Source of the DNA: a virus | Virus record (IMG/VR): IMGVR_UViG_3300020204_000005 | Length of the DNA stretch: 64,000 nucleotides | Reading direction: 5' to 3' (one strand) | In this document: positions 21,164-31,556 of the stretch, piece after piece | Numbering within the stretch: position 1 is the first letter of the stretch | Layout: each line of letters starts with the position of its first letter | Program-made: the position numbers and the translations under genes | The notes under the pieces: generated by a model | What the model was told of the DNA's origin: nothing | Databases searched by the model: none | Seen by the model: only the letters and a program-made list of their open reading frames with translations

Positions 21164-22035
21164 TACACGAAAATATATTATATGGATACGATTACGATTC
21201 AAATAAAAATGTTCTAATAGGTAGAGAAGAAATTAAAGATTACGGTTTCTTTTCAACTTTTACATTGATGATTTCATCAATAATGGTTGTCTATAAAAAA
21301 TTTAAAAAAACCCCAAAATCTATAGATGGTAAATTCTTATTAAGAAAATTAAAAAAAGATTTAGATATTGATATGTATCAATATTTTTTTCATATTGACG
21401 ACAGTATTGAAATAAATTTTGACGAAGAAATTCCCGTCCCTTTTAGTCCTGATGACCAACACACAATATATTCTGAAAAGTATATCAAATACTATTTACC
21501 ATTTTTTAAAAAGTATTTTAATGTTAACACAAACATTACGGAAAAAATTTCCTTTTTAAAAGAAAAATATGGTATTGATGAGGATAACTCAATTTCGGTT
21601 ATTTACCGTGATTCTGATAAATGGACAGATTTTGGTGGGTTTAATTATATTTCCGCTGGAGGATATTTTAGAAAATGTAAGGAGATTATCGAATTAGAGA
21701 AAATAAGACCAAGAGTGATTATTCAATCTGAAAATAATGGAGTTATTAAAACATTTCAAGAGGCATTCGGTTCTGTATTCTTCACTGAAACTTCTTTAGG
21801 TAATTCTTCCGAAATTTACCCACCAATACCAATAAACGATGAAATTAGATTAGAATGGTCTGAATATTATGTTGCCTCTTTATGGATATTATCAAAATGT
21901 AAACATGTTATAACATACACTGGTAATAGTTCTTTTTTCATCTATTTAAATCGAGGGACTACAAACAATTTTACACAAGAAATAACTTTTACAAAAGATT
22001 ATAATGAGTTTTTTGTAACTAATAATAATATTTAA
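21154..22035 (+). CDS. putative fucosyltransferase-like GT (NodZ/GT23/GT11-like)
   Basis: SVIYRDSDK (variant of VHxRxxDK) and LWILSKCKHVITYTGNSS motifs. Confidence 0.6.
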   Translation: MGMIHENILYGYDYDSNKNVLIGREEIKDYGFFSTFTLMISSIMVVYKKFKKTPKSIDGKFLLRKLKKDLDIDMYQYFFHIDDSIEINFDEEIPVPFSPDDQHTIYSEKYIKYYLPFFKKYFNVNTNITEKISFLKEKYGIDEDNSISVIYRDSDKWTDFGGFNYISAGGYFRKCKEIIELEKIRPRVIIQSENNGVIKTFQEAFGSVFFTETSLGNSSEIYPPIPINDEIRLEWSEYYVASLWILSKCKHVITYTGNSSFFIYLNRGTTNNFTQEITFTKDYNEFFVTNNNI

Positions 22036-22041
22036 AAAACT

Positions 22042-23802
22042 ATGAAAATATCAATTGGTGACATCGTAGATAGATACTCTATCTGTAAATTAAAAAGTGA
22101 ACGACTAAATTTAGACCTGTCAGATGAGATAAGTCAATTAGAATCTGAAATTGTTAATTATAAAGACATTACACAATATGTCGGGGACTTATATGAAGTA
22201 AACGGTTTAATATGGGATTTAGAGTCTGATATACGTAAGGGTAATGAAGAAATTTTAGGTTTAGAGGAGATTGGCCGAAGAGCTTTAAAAATTAGAGATT
22301 TTAACAATTTAAGAGTAAAAATTAAAAATGAAGTTAATTCAAAATATGGGGAAGGTTTTATTGAGGTTAAAATGAATCATGGTAGTGAAAAGGAAAAATC
22401 TGTAATTATAACTTTAACAACAGTACCTGAAAGATTAGACAATCTAAAAGAAGATGGTTTAAAATTAGTATTAAAATCATTATGTGAACAACTTGATGAT
22501 GATTATGAGGTTCATTTTAATATACCCGAAAAATCCATGGTAACTAATAAACAATACAATATACCGTCTTGGATTAGCGAATATAAATTAAAATACCCTC
22601 ATCTAAAAATTTTCAGACCCGAAGATTTAGGACCACCAACCAAATTTGTACCTACACTTGTGAGAGTCAAAAATCCTGAAACAATATTAATTGTTGTCGA
22701 TGATGATTTAGTTTATCATAATGAAATGGTATCTGAACATAGAAAATATCAAAATGAACTTTTAGATAGTGTGATAGGTTACGATGGAAGAGGTTGTGAT
22801 GTTTTTTTACACAATAATGACATTAGGGATAGTTGGATACTGTGTGTTACTGAAATTAGAAAAACACATAGTTTACAACATTATAAATCAGTCTCATATA
22901 AGAAAAAATTATTTAAAGATGATTTCTTTACCGACTATTTAGGGTCGACTTTTTCAGACGATGTTTTGGTTTCGTTATATTTCAAAAATGAGGGTATACC
23001 GATGTATGTTGTTCCCTACGAAAAAGAAAACCATCTTTTTGAGACCAGAGAACTATGGGATGAAAACCAAGGTGTAACAACATTTCCTGTTTTAAGGTAC
23101 GCGTCTAGTGTTGAGGACACGGGATGTAATCATCCTGAGATGTTAGCAAAACAACCAAAATTTTTTATACCTAATATAAAAACAACTAATAAACATATAT
23201 CTCAGACTAACTTTACAACTGATAAAATTAATCATGGGTATATGGAAGTTTACCAACCTTTATTTACAAGTATGAAAAATGTGAATAAAGTACTTGAGAT
23301 AGGAATATATAAAGGGGAAAGTTTAGAACTTCTTTCTCATTTTTTTAAAGATAGTATAGTTTATGGTATTGATATAACTGATTGTTCTCATTTAAATTCT
23401 GATAAAATTAAAACATTTATTTGTAACCAAGAAAATATCGATGAATTAGAAGATTTCATCTCAAAAGAAGGTGGTAATTTTGATTTAATTATTGACGATG
23501 GCGGACATACAATGAAACAACAACAAATTTCTTTGGGGGTATTATTTAAACACTTAAAGGATGGAGGGGTTTATATTTTAGAAAATTTACACACTTCAGT
23601 TAGAGAAGGTTATAGGGATGAGAATGATATTATAACAACTTTGGATATGTTAAATAAGTTAAATGATGGTGGTGAATTAATTACCAATCATATAACAGAA
23701 GAAAATAAGGAATATATTAAACAAAACGTAGACTCAATTAAAATATGGACAAGGACTCCTGATTTTAATGAAAGTGTAACATCAATAATTAAGAAAAAGT
23801 AA
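22042..23802 (+). CDS. three-domain fusion: DUF6165-like coil + GT-A glycosyltransferase + sugar O-methyltransferase (MycE/TylE-like)
   Basis: N: ISIGDIVDRYSICKLKSERL; middle: ITLTTVPERL, DLGPPTK, VVDDDLVY, SDDVLVS; C: TDKINHGY, VLEIG, IIDDGGH, GGVYILENL. Confidence 0.7.
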   Translation: MKISIGDIVDRYSICKLKSERLNLDLSDEISQLESEIVNYKDITQYVGDLYEVNGLIWDLESDIRKGNEEILGLEEIGRRALKIRDFNNLRVKIKNEVNSKYGEGFIEVKMNHGSEKEKSVIITLTTVPERLDNLKEDGLKLVLKSLCEQLDDDYEVHFNIPEKSMVTNKQYNIPSWISEYKLKYPHLKIFRPEDLGPPTKFVPTLVRVKNPETILIVVDDDLVYHNEMVSEHRKYQNELLDSVIGYDGRGCDVFLHNNDIRDSWILCVTEIRKTHSLQHYKSVSYKKKLFKDDFFTDYLGSTFSDDVLVSLYFKNEGIPMYVVPYEKENHLFETRELWDENQGVTTFPVLRYASSVEDTGCNHPEMLAKQPKFFIPNIKTTNKHISQTNFTTDKINHGYMEVYQPLFTSMKNVNKVLEIGIYKGESLELLSHFFKDSIVYGIDITDCSHLNSDKIKTFICNQENIDELEDFISKEGGNFDLIIDDGGHTMKQQQISLGVLFKHLKDGGVYILENLHTSVREGYRDENDIITTLDMLNKLNDGGELITNHITEENKEYIKQNVDSIKIWTRTPDFNESVTSIIKKK

Positions 23803-23803
23803 T

Positions 23804-26182
23804 ATGGATAATTTTTTTGATAAGTCATTACATTTTTTAGGTAAAGTAGAAAATAATATCACCGCATTAAACATTGGTTCGATGGATGGTGTAATGTTTG
23901 ATGAAATGATTGGATACACTAATATGTATAACTTTAGTGTTTTATATGTAGAACCCATACCTTATCTTTTTGATAGATTACAAGAAAACATTAAATCTGA
24001 AAATGCTTTGTTTGAAAATAGTGCAATATCAGATTATAATGGTTCTATTGAAATGGTGACTATCGATAGGGAAGTAATTGATAGTGGCTTAGTCCATAGT
24101 TGTTTTTACGGTATGAGTGCGGTTTATCCACCTAAAAATGGTTTAGGTAGTGAGTTTGATAGACTCACAGTTGAGAAATATGGTAAATTAGTAAAGGTTC
24201 CATGTATTACATTTGAGACTTTATTGGTAAAACATAAACTTAATAACTTTGACATTCTCAAGATAGATGCTGAAGGTCATGATTATAAAATTTTTAAACA
24301 AATTGATTTAAAAAAATATACACCTAAAGTTATAAGATTAGAATGGATTAATTTAGAAGAATCAGAACAAAATGATATTATAAATATTTTTAATGAAAAT
24401 AATTATGTTTATGAAATTTCTGACCAAGATATTGTAGGTATACCTAAAAATTTTTATGATGAACTTAAAAATCAATATACTGAACCCATTAATTTAAACA
24501 ATGGACCAAACATTACTTTAGTTACGGGGTTATGGGATTTAGGTAGAAATAATTTAACCGAAGGATGGTCAAGGTCATACGAAAATCATTATTTAACAAA
24601 GTTTGATGAATTATTAAAAATCGAGAACAATTTAATAATTTTTGGTGATTCAGAATTAGAAAAATTTGTTTGGGAAAGAAGAAGTCACAATAACACCCAA
24701 TTTATAAACAGAGATTTAGATTGGTTTAGAAACAATGAATTCTACTACAAAATTCAAAAAATAAGAACGAATCCTGAATGGTATAATCAATCAGGTTGGA
24801 TTCCAGATTCTACACAAGCAAAATTAGAAATGTATAACCCTCTTGTTATGGGTAAAATGTTTTTATTACACGACGCAAAAATTCTCGACAAGTTTAATTC
24901 CGATTACATGTTTTGGATTGATGCGGGTTTAACAAATACGGTAAACCAAGGATATTTTACTCACGATAAAGTTATCAATAAATTACCAAAACTAACCAAT
25001 AAATTTACATTCATCACTTTCCCATATGAAACTAATTCTGAAATTCATGGTTTTACATTTGATAAGATATGTGAATTTGCAGGTGATAAAGTAAACAAAG
25101 TTGCTAGAGGAGGATTTTTTGGGGGTCCTAAAGAAACCATAACCGAGTCTAATAATTTATATTACCAATTACTTTCTCAAACATTATCTAATGGATATAT
25201 GGGTACTGAAGAAAGTATATTTACAATTATGATATACAAATACCCACAATTATTTAATTATAGTGAGATTGAGGGTAACGGATTAGTATGGTTATTTTTT
25301 GAGAATTTGAAAAAAGAAACATTAAATCTTAAAAGTGAAAAATCAAATAACGAAATTATAAAAATAAAAGATTTGAGTAAAGTAGGTTTATATGTTATTG
25401 GGTTTAATAGTCCAAAACAATTCGAGACTTTAATTTTTTCAATGAAAAAATACGACCAAAATTTCATTGACAAACCTAAGAAATTTTTATTAGACAACTC
25501 AACTGATTTATCAACAACTGAAAAATATTTGTATTTGTGTAAGGAGTATGGTTTTGAACATATTAAAAAAGATAATCTTGGTATTTGTGGTGGTCGACAA
25601 TATATTGCTGAACATTTTGAAAATACCGATTTAGAATATATGTTCTTTTTCGAGGACGATATGTTCTTTTATCCTAAGAAAGGTGAATTATGTCGAAACG
25701 GATTTAATAGATATGTGAGTGATTTATATACCAAATCATTAAAGATTATTGATAGTGAAAACTTAGATTTTTTAAAATTGAATTTTAGTGAATTCTACGG
25801 AGACAACTCTACACAGTGGAGTTGGTACAATGTTCCTCAAACGGTAAGAGAAGAATTATGGCCAGATAATAAAAAATTACCTGTACAAGGATTAGACCCA
25901 AATGCACCAAGAACTAAATTCGAATCAATTAAGTGTATAGACGGAATACCGTACTCAATTGGTGAAGTTTATTATTGTAATTGGCCACAAATAGTCTCCA
26001 AAAAAGGAAATTATAAAATGTTTTTAGAAACTAAATGGGGTCATCCATTTGAGCAGACGTGGATGAGTTACATTCATCAAGAAACGGTCAAAGGTAAAAT
26101 TAAATCAGGTATATTATTATTAACTCCAACAGAACATGATAGATTTGACCATTACGATGGTTCATTAAGAAAAGAAAGTTAA
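23804..26182 (+). CDS. three-domain fusion: FkbM-family methyltransferase + HtrL/WlaTC-like glycosyltransferase + GT-A-like domain
   Basis: N: IGSMDG, YVEP, ENSAIS, LKIDAEGHD; middle: TLVTGLWDLGR, FWIDAG, GGFFGG, GTEESIF; C: LLDNS, FFEDDMF. Confidence 0.72.
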   Translation: MDNFFDKSLHFLGKVENNITALNIGSMDGVMFDEMIGYTNMYNFSVLYVEPIPYLFDRLQENIKSENALFENSAISDYNGSIEMVTIDREVIDSGLVHSCFYGMSAVYPPKNGLGSEFDRLTVEKYGKLVKVPCITFETLLVKHKLNNFDILKIDAEGHDYKIFKQIDLKKYTPKVIRLEWINLEESEQNDIINIFNENNYVYEISDQDIVGIPKNFYDELKNQYTEPINLNNGPNITLVTGLWDLGRNNLTEGWSRSYENHYLTKFDELLKIENNLIIFGDSELEKFVWERRSHNNTQFINRDLDWFRNNEFYYKIQKIRTNPEWYNQSGWIPDSTQAKLEMYNPLVMGKMFLLHDAKILDKFNSDYMFWIDAGLTNTVNQGYFTHDKVINKLPKLTNKFTFITFPYETNSEIHGFTFDKICEFAGDKVNKVARGGFFGGPKETITESNNLYYQLLSQTLSNGYMGTEESIFTIMIYKYPQLFNYSEIEGNGLVWLFFENLKKETLNLKSEKSNNEIIKIKDLSKVGLYVIGFNSPKQFETLIFSMKKYDQNFIDKPKKFLLDNSTDLSTTEKYLYLCKEYGFEHIKKDNLGICGGRQYIAEHFENTDLEYMFFFEDDMFFYPKKGELCRNGFNRYVSDLYTKSLKIIDSENLDFLKLNFSEFYGDNSTQWSWYNVPQTVREELWPDNKKLPVQGLDPNAPRTKFESIKCIDGIPYSIGEVYYCNWPQIVSKKGNYKMFLETKWGHPFEQTWMSYIHQETVKGKIKSGILLLTPTEHDRFDHYDGSLRKES

Positions 26183-26206
26183 TCAGTTTATTTTATAGTA
26201 CCAAAG

Positions 26207-26214
26207 TATTTATA
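26207..26214 (+). promoter_or_regulatory. TATTTATA motif (candidate late promoter)
   Basis: Exact TATTTATA ending 15 nt before ATG 26230; recurs before many structural genes. Confidence 0.5.
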
Positions 26215-26229
26215 AGATAAAAAGATTAG

Positions 26230-28089
26230 ATGGAATTCTTTATTAAGAAAAATGCAACATTACCCATATTAAAATTACAGGTAGTAAAGGACGGTAGAAG
26301 TGATTATGATAACTTTATGAAGACCATAGAGTTGTCCGCCATCTTCTTTTCTATGGTTGATGTTGAATCAGGTATTCCTAAAATTTCATCGAGACCTGCA
26401 GGATTTGTTGAGAAGGAGTTTATTGAACCGAATGCAGAACCCGAGTACTACATATATTACCAATTCCAAAATAGAGATACTAATAAAGTAGGTAGATATG
26501 AAGGTCAATTTATGTTAAGAACCGATGATGGTGTCTTAATATTACCTATCAGAGAAAAATTATTTATTAATATACAAGAATCATTTATTGCGAATGATTT
26601 ACCTTATGAAAGTTGTTATACTTCGGAATTCCCTTGTTGTGTTAATCATCCTTATATAACAACCACAACCACAACCACAACACCTTGCCCTAGTTGTCCT
26701 ACATGCCCTGAGCCAACACCTACACCAATAACCACAACTACAACAACTATAGAACCAATAACCACAACTACAACAACTATAGAACCAATAACCACAACTA
26801 CAACAACTATAGAACCAATAACCACAACTACAACAACATTTCCACTATCTGTTATTTTAGATGTTAATATTAATCCAGGGTCAATAATTATTGATTATAA
26901 TTTGACATCAAATCAAGTTTATTATGAAGAAATAAGTATGAGTTTTACTCATATATTAGGTACAACAGAAACGTCAATAACAATTGTTACAGGTGTAACA
27001 ATTCCTATTGGTTATACGACAGGGAATACCCAAGTAATTATAAATGAAGATTTTAACATATTAACTAAAAACGATTCTTTTGGTAATTTCATAGTCAACC
27101 CTCCATCATTAGATTGGGTCGTGTATGAAAATTATCCGACACCTACACCAACTGTAACCCCAACTTTGACACCAACACCTACCAAAACAGTTACTCCGAC
27201 AATTAGTGTTACACCTACACTTACAACCACACCGACTGCCACTTTGACGCCAACAGTTACACCAACCTTAACACCTACAAACACACCTACTAATACACCA
27301 ACATTAACTCCTACTGAAACACCTACTAATACTCCGACTAACACTCCTACAGAAACGCCTACTTTAACACCAACGAATACCCCTACTATTACCCCAACAC
27401 CATCACCATTACCCCAACTACCAATATTGGTCGATAACTGGGATACTTTATTGAACTACTCTATAACGGGAGTGACCTTAAATTCCGTGACACCAACAAA
27501 TACCGGTGGGTCAAACTTCCCTCTTGATGGTTATCCTAATGTGAATTATGAAGGTACGTTTGTATCTACCGAATCTAATCCATTAACAATTCAAGTAGGG
27601 TATAATAGCTCAACATTTGTTCCTGGTATGTATATACAGGTGAGTCACTCAAGTATTGGTTACGCTGTTGAAAATATTTTATCCACGTCTGGAGTTGCAA
27701 CGTTTGGTCCGTACAATTTATATTTTGGAAGTCAACTCTTAATTGAGTTGTTTTCCCCATCAATACTTTTTAAAATGGTAAATAACTCCACAAATAGAAC
27801 TGTTACAAGTGCTTCATATACTATTGGAGGACCAACAGTAAGTTTAGATGTGGGTTCATTCCCAATAAACTCAACAAATTCGGCGGGTTCTTTCACACAT
27901 CCTTCTAGTACAGGTGTGGCACCTGATGCAATAAATTACACTATTGGCGGTACAGGTAATTACACATACGTTGTACTCCGTAATGGAGTTGGAGTGAAAA
28001 GTCAAATAAATACAAATATTAACAATATAATTGTTACTGGTGTGACTTTCTCATCAAGTGATGAAATTATATTAGAAATGTATAACTAA
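26230..28089 (+). CDS. putative virion protein: BppU-like baseplate-attachment N-domain, Thr-rich tracts, Ig-like C-terminal domains
   Basis: [18 protein letters not shown]...[19 protein letters not shown]; poly-Thr, [10 protein letters not shown] and TPT tracts. Confidence 0.6.
   Translation: MEFFIKKNATLPILKLQVVKDGRSDYDNFMKTIELSAIFFSMVDVESGIPKISSRPAGFVEKEFIEPNAEPEYYIYYQFQNRDTNKVGRYEGQFMLRTDDGVLILPIREKLFINIQESFIANDLPYESCYTSEFPCCVNHPYITTTTTTTTPCPSCPTCPEPTPTPITTTTTTIEPITTTTTTIEPITTTTTTIEPITTTTTTFPLSVILDVNINPGSIIIDYNLTSNQVYYEEISMSFTHILGTTETSITIVTGVTIPIGYTTGNTQVIINEDFNILTKNDSFGNFIVNPPSLDWVVYENYPTPTPTVTPTLTPTPTKTVTPTISVTPTLTTTPTATLTPTVTPTLTPTNTPTNTPTLTPTETPTNTPTNTPTETPTLTPTNTPTITPTPSPLPQLPILVDNWDTLLNYSITGVTLNSVTPTNTGGSNFPLDGYPNVNYEGTFVSTESNPLTIQVGYNSSTFVPGMYIQVSHSSIGYAVENILSTSGVATFGPYNLYFGSQLLIELFSPSILFKMVNNSTNRTVTSASYTIGGPTVSLDVGSFPINSTNSAGSFTHPSSTGVAPDAINYTIGGTGNYTYVVLRNGVGVKSQINTNINNIIVTGVTFSSSDEIILEMYN
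26725..26838 (+). repeat. 30-bp tandem repeat, 3 copies plus partial
   Basis: ccaataaccacaactacaacaactatagaa at 26725, 26755, 26785, partial at 26815; encodes [10 protein letters not shown]. Confidence 0.9.
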
Positions 28090-28126
28090 CTATATTAACT
28101 AACAAGATATTTATAAAACAAAAAAT

Positions 28127-28303
28127 ATGGCACTTACAGGAAAAACAATTGGTCAGTTGACCTACCTACAATTCCCCACTAATGATACTACACATGTTTA
28201 TGGGGATTATAATTGCACTTTATTTAAAAACTCAATACCTTCATCAAGATTGTCTTACTATGATGGAACTGACACTTTAACGATTGTTAATATTACTTCT
28301 TAA
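28127..28303 (+). CDS. small ORF (58 aa), possible fibre-gene remnant
   Basis: Not in track; MALTGKTIGQLTYLQFPTNDTTHVYGDYNCTLFKNSIPSSRLSYYDGTDTLTIVNITS*; TATTTATA at 28108-28115. Confidence 0.5.
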   Translation: MALTGKTIGQLTYLQFPTNDTTHVYGDYNCTLFKNSIPSSRLSYYDGTDTLTIVNITS

Positions 28304-28320
28304 AAAATTAACTTACTTAG

Positions 28321-28349
28321 TTGATAAGAGTAATTTTTACTCCTATATT
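28321..28349 (+). promoter_or_regulatory. sigma70-like promoter with palindromic spacer
   Basis: TTGATA-17nt-TATATT; spacer contains GAGTAA-TTT-TTACTC (28328-28342). Confidence 0.5.
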
Positions 28350-28408
28350 TATTTACGAAGGTAAATGCCGACCTTATTCGGTAGCTAATACACCAAAAGT
28401 AAATAAGT

Positions 28409-31207
28409 ATGATATCACAAGAAGAAATTAAATCTTTCCTAGAGGGAGGTGACCCAGAAGAATTTATAGTTGCGATAGAATTTGATTACGCATCGAACTG
28501 TATTTACAAAATCAAAGAAATTCCCGATAAAGGTAAAGAAATTAGAAAAGACACTTTCACACCATTCGCTTGGGTTGGGGATTTAAGAAACCTAAATTTT
28601 TATCAATCATCTAAAGGACTTCAAAAAGAGGCCATGACAAAGTATGGTATTATGATTGAAAAATTGGAAACGGGTAAAAATGAAAGATTGGAGCAAGGTC
28701 TCAATTTTATGGTTAAGTCTCTTAAAGGGTATCGAGAATTAATACAATTTTTTAGAGATGGTGGAGTTGACCCTTGGGGTGAAAGAACCAAAGATAAAAT
28801 CTTAATTCTGCCACCTGTAGAACAATATCTAATACAAAAAGAAAAACGATTATTTAAAGGTTACGAAGAATACAATGATATTACAAGATTTGGATTCGAC
28901 TTGGAGACGACCGCATTAGAACCAAAAGACGGTCGTATATTCATGATTGGGATGAAAACCAATAAAGGTTTTAAAAAAGTTATCGAATGCTCAAATGAAG
29001 ATGAAGAACGAAGAGGGTTGGTTGAATTTTTTAGAACGATTAACGAACTTAAACCAAGTATTATCGGTGGGTATAACTCATTTAACTTTGACTGGTATTG
29101 GATATTTGAGAGATGTAAGGCGTTAAATTTAGATGTTAAAAAAATATGTAGGACTTTAAATCCTGATATTAATATCAAACAAAGTGAGAATCTATTAAAG
29201 TTGGCTAACGAGGTTGAGAGGTATAACCAAGTTGGTATGTGGGGTTATAATATTATCGATATCTTACATTCAGTAAGAAGAGCGCAAGCAATAAATTCAA
29301 GTATCAAATCCGCAGGTTTGAAATATATTACTCAGTATATTGATGCTGAGGCTCCTGACCGTATCTATATTGACCATGACAAAATCGGACCTATGTACAC
29401 ACAAAAAAATGAGTATTGGTTAAATATTGAGAATGGTAAATATAAAAGGGTTGGGGATAGTGAAAAGGTTGATGAAATTTGCTCACGAAGAACTGACATA
29501 TACATAAAAACAACAGGGGACGACATAGTTGAGCGTTATCTTGACGATGACTTAGAAGAAACTTTATTAGTTGATGAAGAATTTAATCAAGGAACCTTTT
29601 TGTTGTCATCATTAGTACCAACAACTTATGAAAGAGTATCTACAATGGGTACCGCAACATTATGGAAGATGTTGATGTTGGCGTGGTCTTATAAGTACAA
29701 ATTAGCAATTCCTAAAAAACAAGATAAAACAGAATTTGTAGGAGGATTATCAAGGTTATTAAAAGTGGGGTATTCAAGGAACGTATTAAAACTTGACTAC
29801 TCTTCCCTATATCCGTCAATACAATTGGTACATGACGTTTTTCCTGAATGTGATATTTTAGGAGGTATGAAAGGAATGTTATCTTATTTCCGTAATTCTC
29901 GTATCATGTATAAAAACTTAGCTTCCGAATGGTACGATAAAGACAAAAAAAAATCAGTATCATATGACCGTAAACAGTTACCGATTAAAATCTTTATTAA
30001 CTCGATGTTCGGGGCATTATCCGCTCCACAAGTATATGCTTGGGGTGACATGTATATGGGTGAACAAATTACTTGTACGGGTAGACAGTATTTAAGACAG
30101 ATGATTAGGTTCTTTATGAAAAAAGGTTATACCCCTCTTGTAATGGACACGGACGGTGTTAACTTCTCTAAACCTGATGGATGGGAAAATCATAGATATG
30201 TTGGTAAAGGTCTTAATTGGAAAGTTAAAGAAGGTAAAGAATATGTTGGGGATGATGCTGACGTTGCAGAATTTAATGATACTTTTATGAGGGGTGAAAT
30301 GGCTTTAGATACTGATGGTACTTGGCCCTCATGTATAAATCTCGCTCGTAAAAATTATGCCGTTATGGAATCTAGCGGTAAAATTAAACTTACAGGTAAT
30401 ACAATTAAATCTAAAAAACTACCATTGTATATTGAGGATTTTTTAGATAAAGGTGTAAAACAATTACTTGAGGGTAAAGGTCAGGAATTTGTTGAGTGGT
30501 ATTATGAATACCTATCCAAGATTTATAATAAAGAAATCCCATTAATGAAAATTGCTCAGAGAGCTAAAGTGAAATTATCGTTAGATGATTATAAAAAACG
30601 GTCAACACAAAAAACCAAATCAGGTGGTGCTATGAGTATGATGGCTCATATGGAACTAGCGTTAAAGAATAAACTGAACGTTAGTTTAGGTGATGTAATT
30701 TATTATGTTAATAATGGAACCAAAGCATCCCAAGGGGATGTTCAGAAAGTTGCAAAACTTAAAAGAGGGTGGAGTGATGAACAATTACAATATTATTTTT
30801 CAGAACATGGGAAATATCCTGAAGATTCTGTAACATCGATGGTTCAGATTAATTGTTATATGTTAGACCCATCGGAGATTGAGAGTAATCCTGATATGAG
30901 GGGTGAATATAATATCGATAGAGCGATTGCGACTTTTAACAAACGTATCGAACCTTTATTGGTTGTATTTAAAGAAGAAATTAGAGATGGGTTATTGGTG
31001 TCAAAACCTGATGATAGAAGTTTCTTTACTAAAGACCAATGTGAGTTAATAAATGGAGTACCTTTTGAGGAAAAAGACCAAGATAGATTACATGAAGATG
31101 TATTAGATATTAGTGAACCTGAATTACGGTATTGGGAAAAACGAGGGTTAGACCCTAACTATATTTATGATTTGGCGGAAGAAGGGTGGGAAAAGAAGTT
31201 AATCTAA
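28409..31207 (+). CDS. polB: family B DNA polymerase
   Basis: ExoI FDLETT, ExoII YNSFNFDW, motif A LDYSSLYPS, motif B KIFINSMFG, motif C MDTDG. Confidence 0.97.
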   Translation: MISQEEIKSFLEGGDPEEFIVAIEFDYASNCIYKIKEIPDKGKEIRKDTFTPFAWVGDLRNLNFYQSSKGLQKEAMTKYGIMIEKLETGKNERLEQGLNFMVKSLKGYRELIQFFRDGGVDPWGERTKDKILILPPVEQYLIQKEKRLFKGYEEYNDITRFGFDLETTALEPKDGRIFMIGMKTNKGFKKVIECSNEDEERRGLVEFFRTINELKPSIIGGYNSFNFDWYWIFERCKALNLDVKKICRTLNPDINIKQSENLLKLANEVERYNQVGMWGYNIIDILHSVRRAQAINSSIKSAGLKYITQYIDAEAPDRIYIDHDKIGPMYTQKNEYWLNIENGKYKRVGDSEKVDEICSRRTDIYIKTTGDDIVERYLDDDLEETLLVDEEFNQGTFLLSSLVPTTYERVSTMGTATLWKMLMLAWSYKYKLAIPKKQDKTEFVGGLSRLLKVGYSRNVLKLDYSSLYPSIQLVHDVFPECDILGGMKGMLSYFRNSRIMYKNLASEWYDKDKKKSVSYDRKQLPIKIFINSMFGALSAPQVYAWGDMYMGEQITCTGRQYLRQMIRFFMKKGYTPLVMDTDGVNFSKPDGWENHRYVGKGLNWKVKEGKEYVGDDADVAEFNDTFMRGEMALDTDGTWPSCINLARKNYAVMESSGKIKLTGNTIKSKKLPLYIEDFLDKGVKQLLEGKGQEFVEWYYEYLSKIYNKEIPLMKIAQRAKVKLSLDDYKKRSTQKTKSGGAMSMMAHMELALKNKLNVSLGDVIYYVNNGTKASQGDVQKVAKLKRGWSDEQLQYYFSEHGKYPEDSVTSMVQINCYMLDPSEIESNPDMRGEYNIDRAIATFNKRIEPLLVVFKEEIRDGLLVSKPDDRSFFTKDQCELINGVPFEEKDQDRLHEDVLDISEPELRYWEKRGLDPNYIYDLAEEGWEKKLI

Positions 31208-31552
31208 CTTAATTCCATCCGATGAGGTTATATACCAATAACCATTTAAAAAAATTAATTCTATACATGCTCGATTATTAATTAGTATTTCATCATAATA
31301 TTCGTCAATACTACCTTGTTTGGATTTAATAATAGTATCGGTAAGTGATTTTATTTTAATTTCACTTGTGGTTTCACCATCTAAAATTAATACGCAAAAA
31401 TCAACTCCTTTAACAACTATAAATTCTTCACCTTTGGTTGTATAGTTTGGTACCGAAATAGTTTTTTTTAATTCAGTAATAACCATCGGTTCAAAATGTA
31501 TATGTCGGTCACTAATTTTTTTTCTTACTAATGTTGATTTTTGTCCTATCAT
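31199..31552 (-). CDS. hypothetical protein, probably virion-associated beta-rich domain
   Basis: ORF track; directly downstream of the neck gene. Confidence 0.55.
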   Translation of the reverse strand: MIGQKSTLVRKKISDRHIHFEPMVITELKKTISVPNYTTKGEEFIVVKGVDFCVLILDGETTSEIKIKSLTDTIIKSKQGSIDEYYDEILINNRACIELIFLNGYWYITSSDGIKLD

Positions 31553-31556
31553 AAAA

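Noticed and set aside
28409-31207. Intein or intron in polB (also checked helicase and UvsX)
   Set aside because: Motif spacing is normal; no C...HN splice junctions or LAGLIDADG blocks noticed
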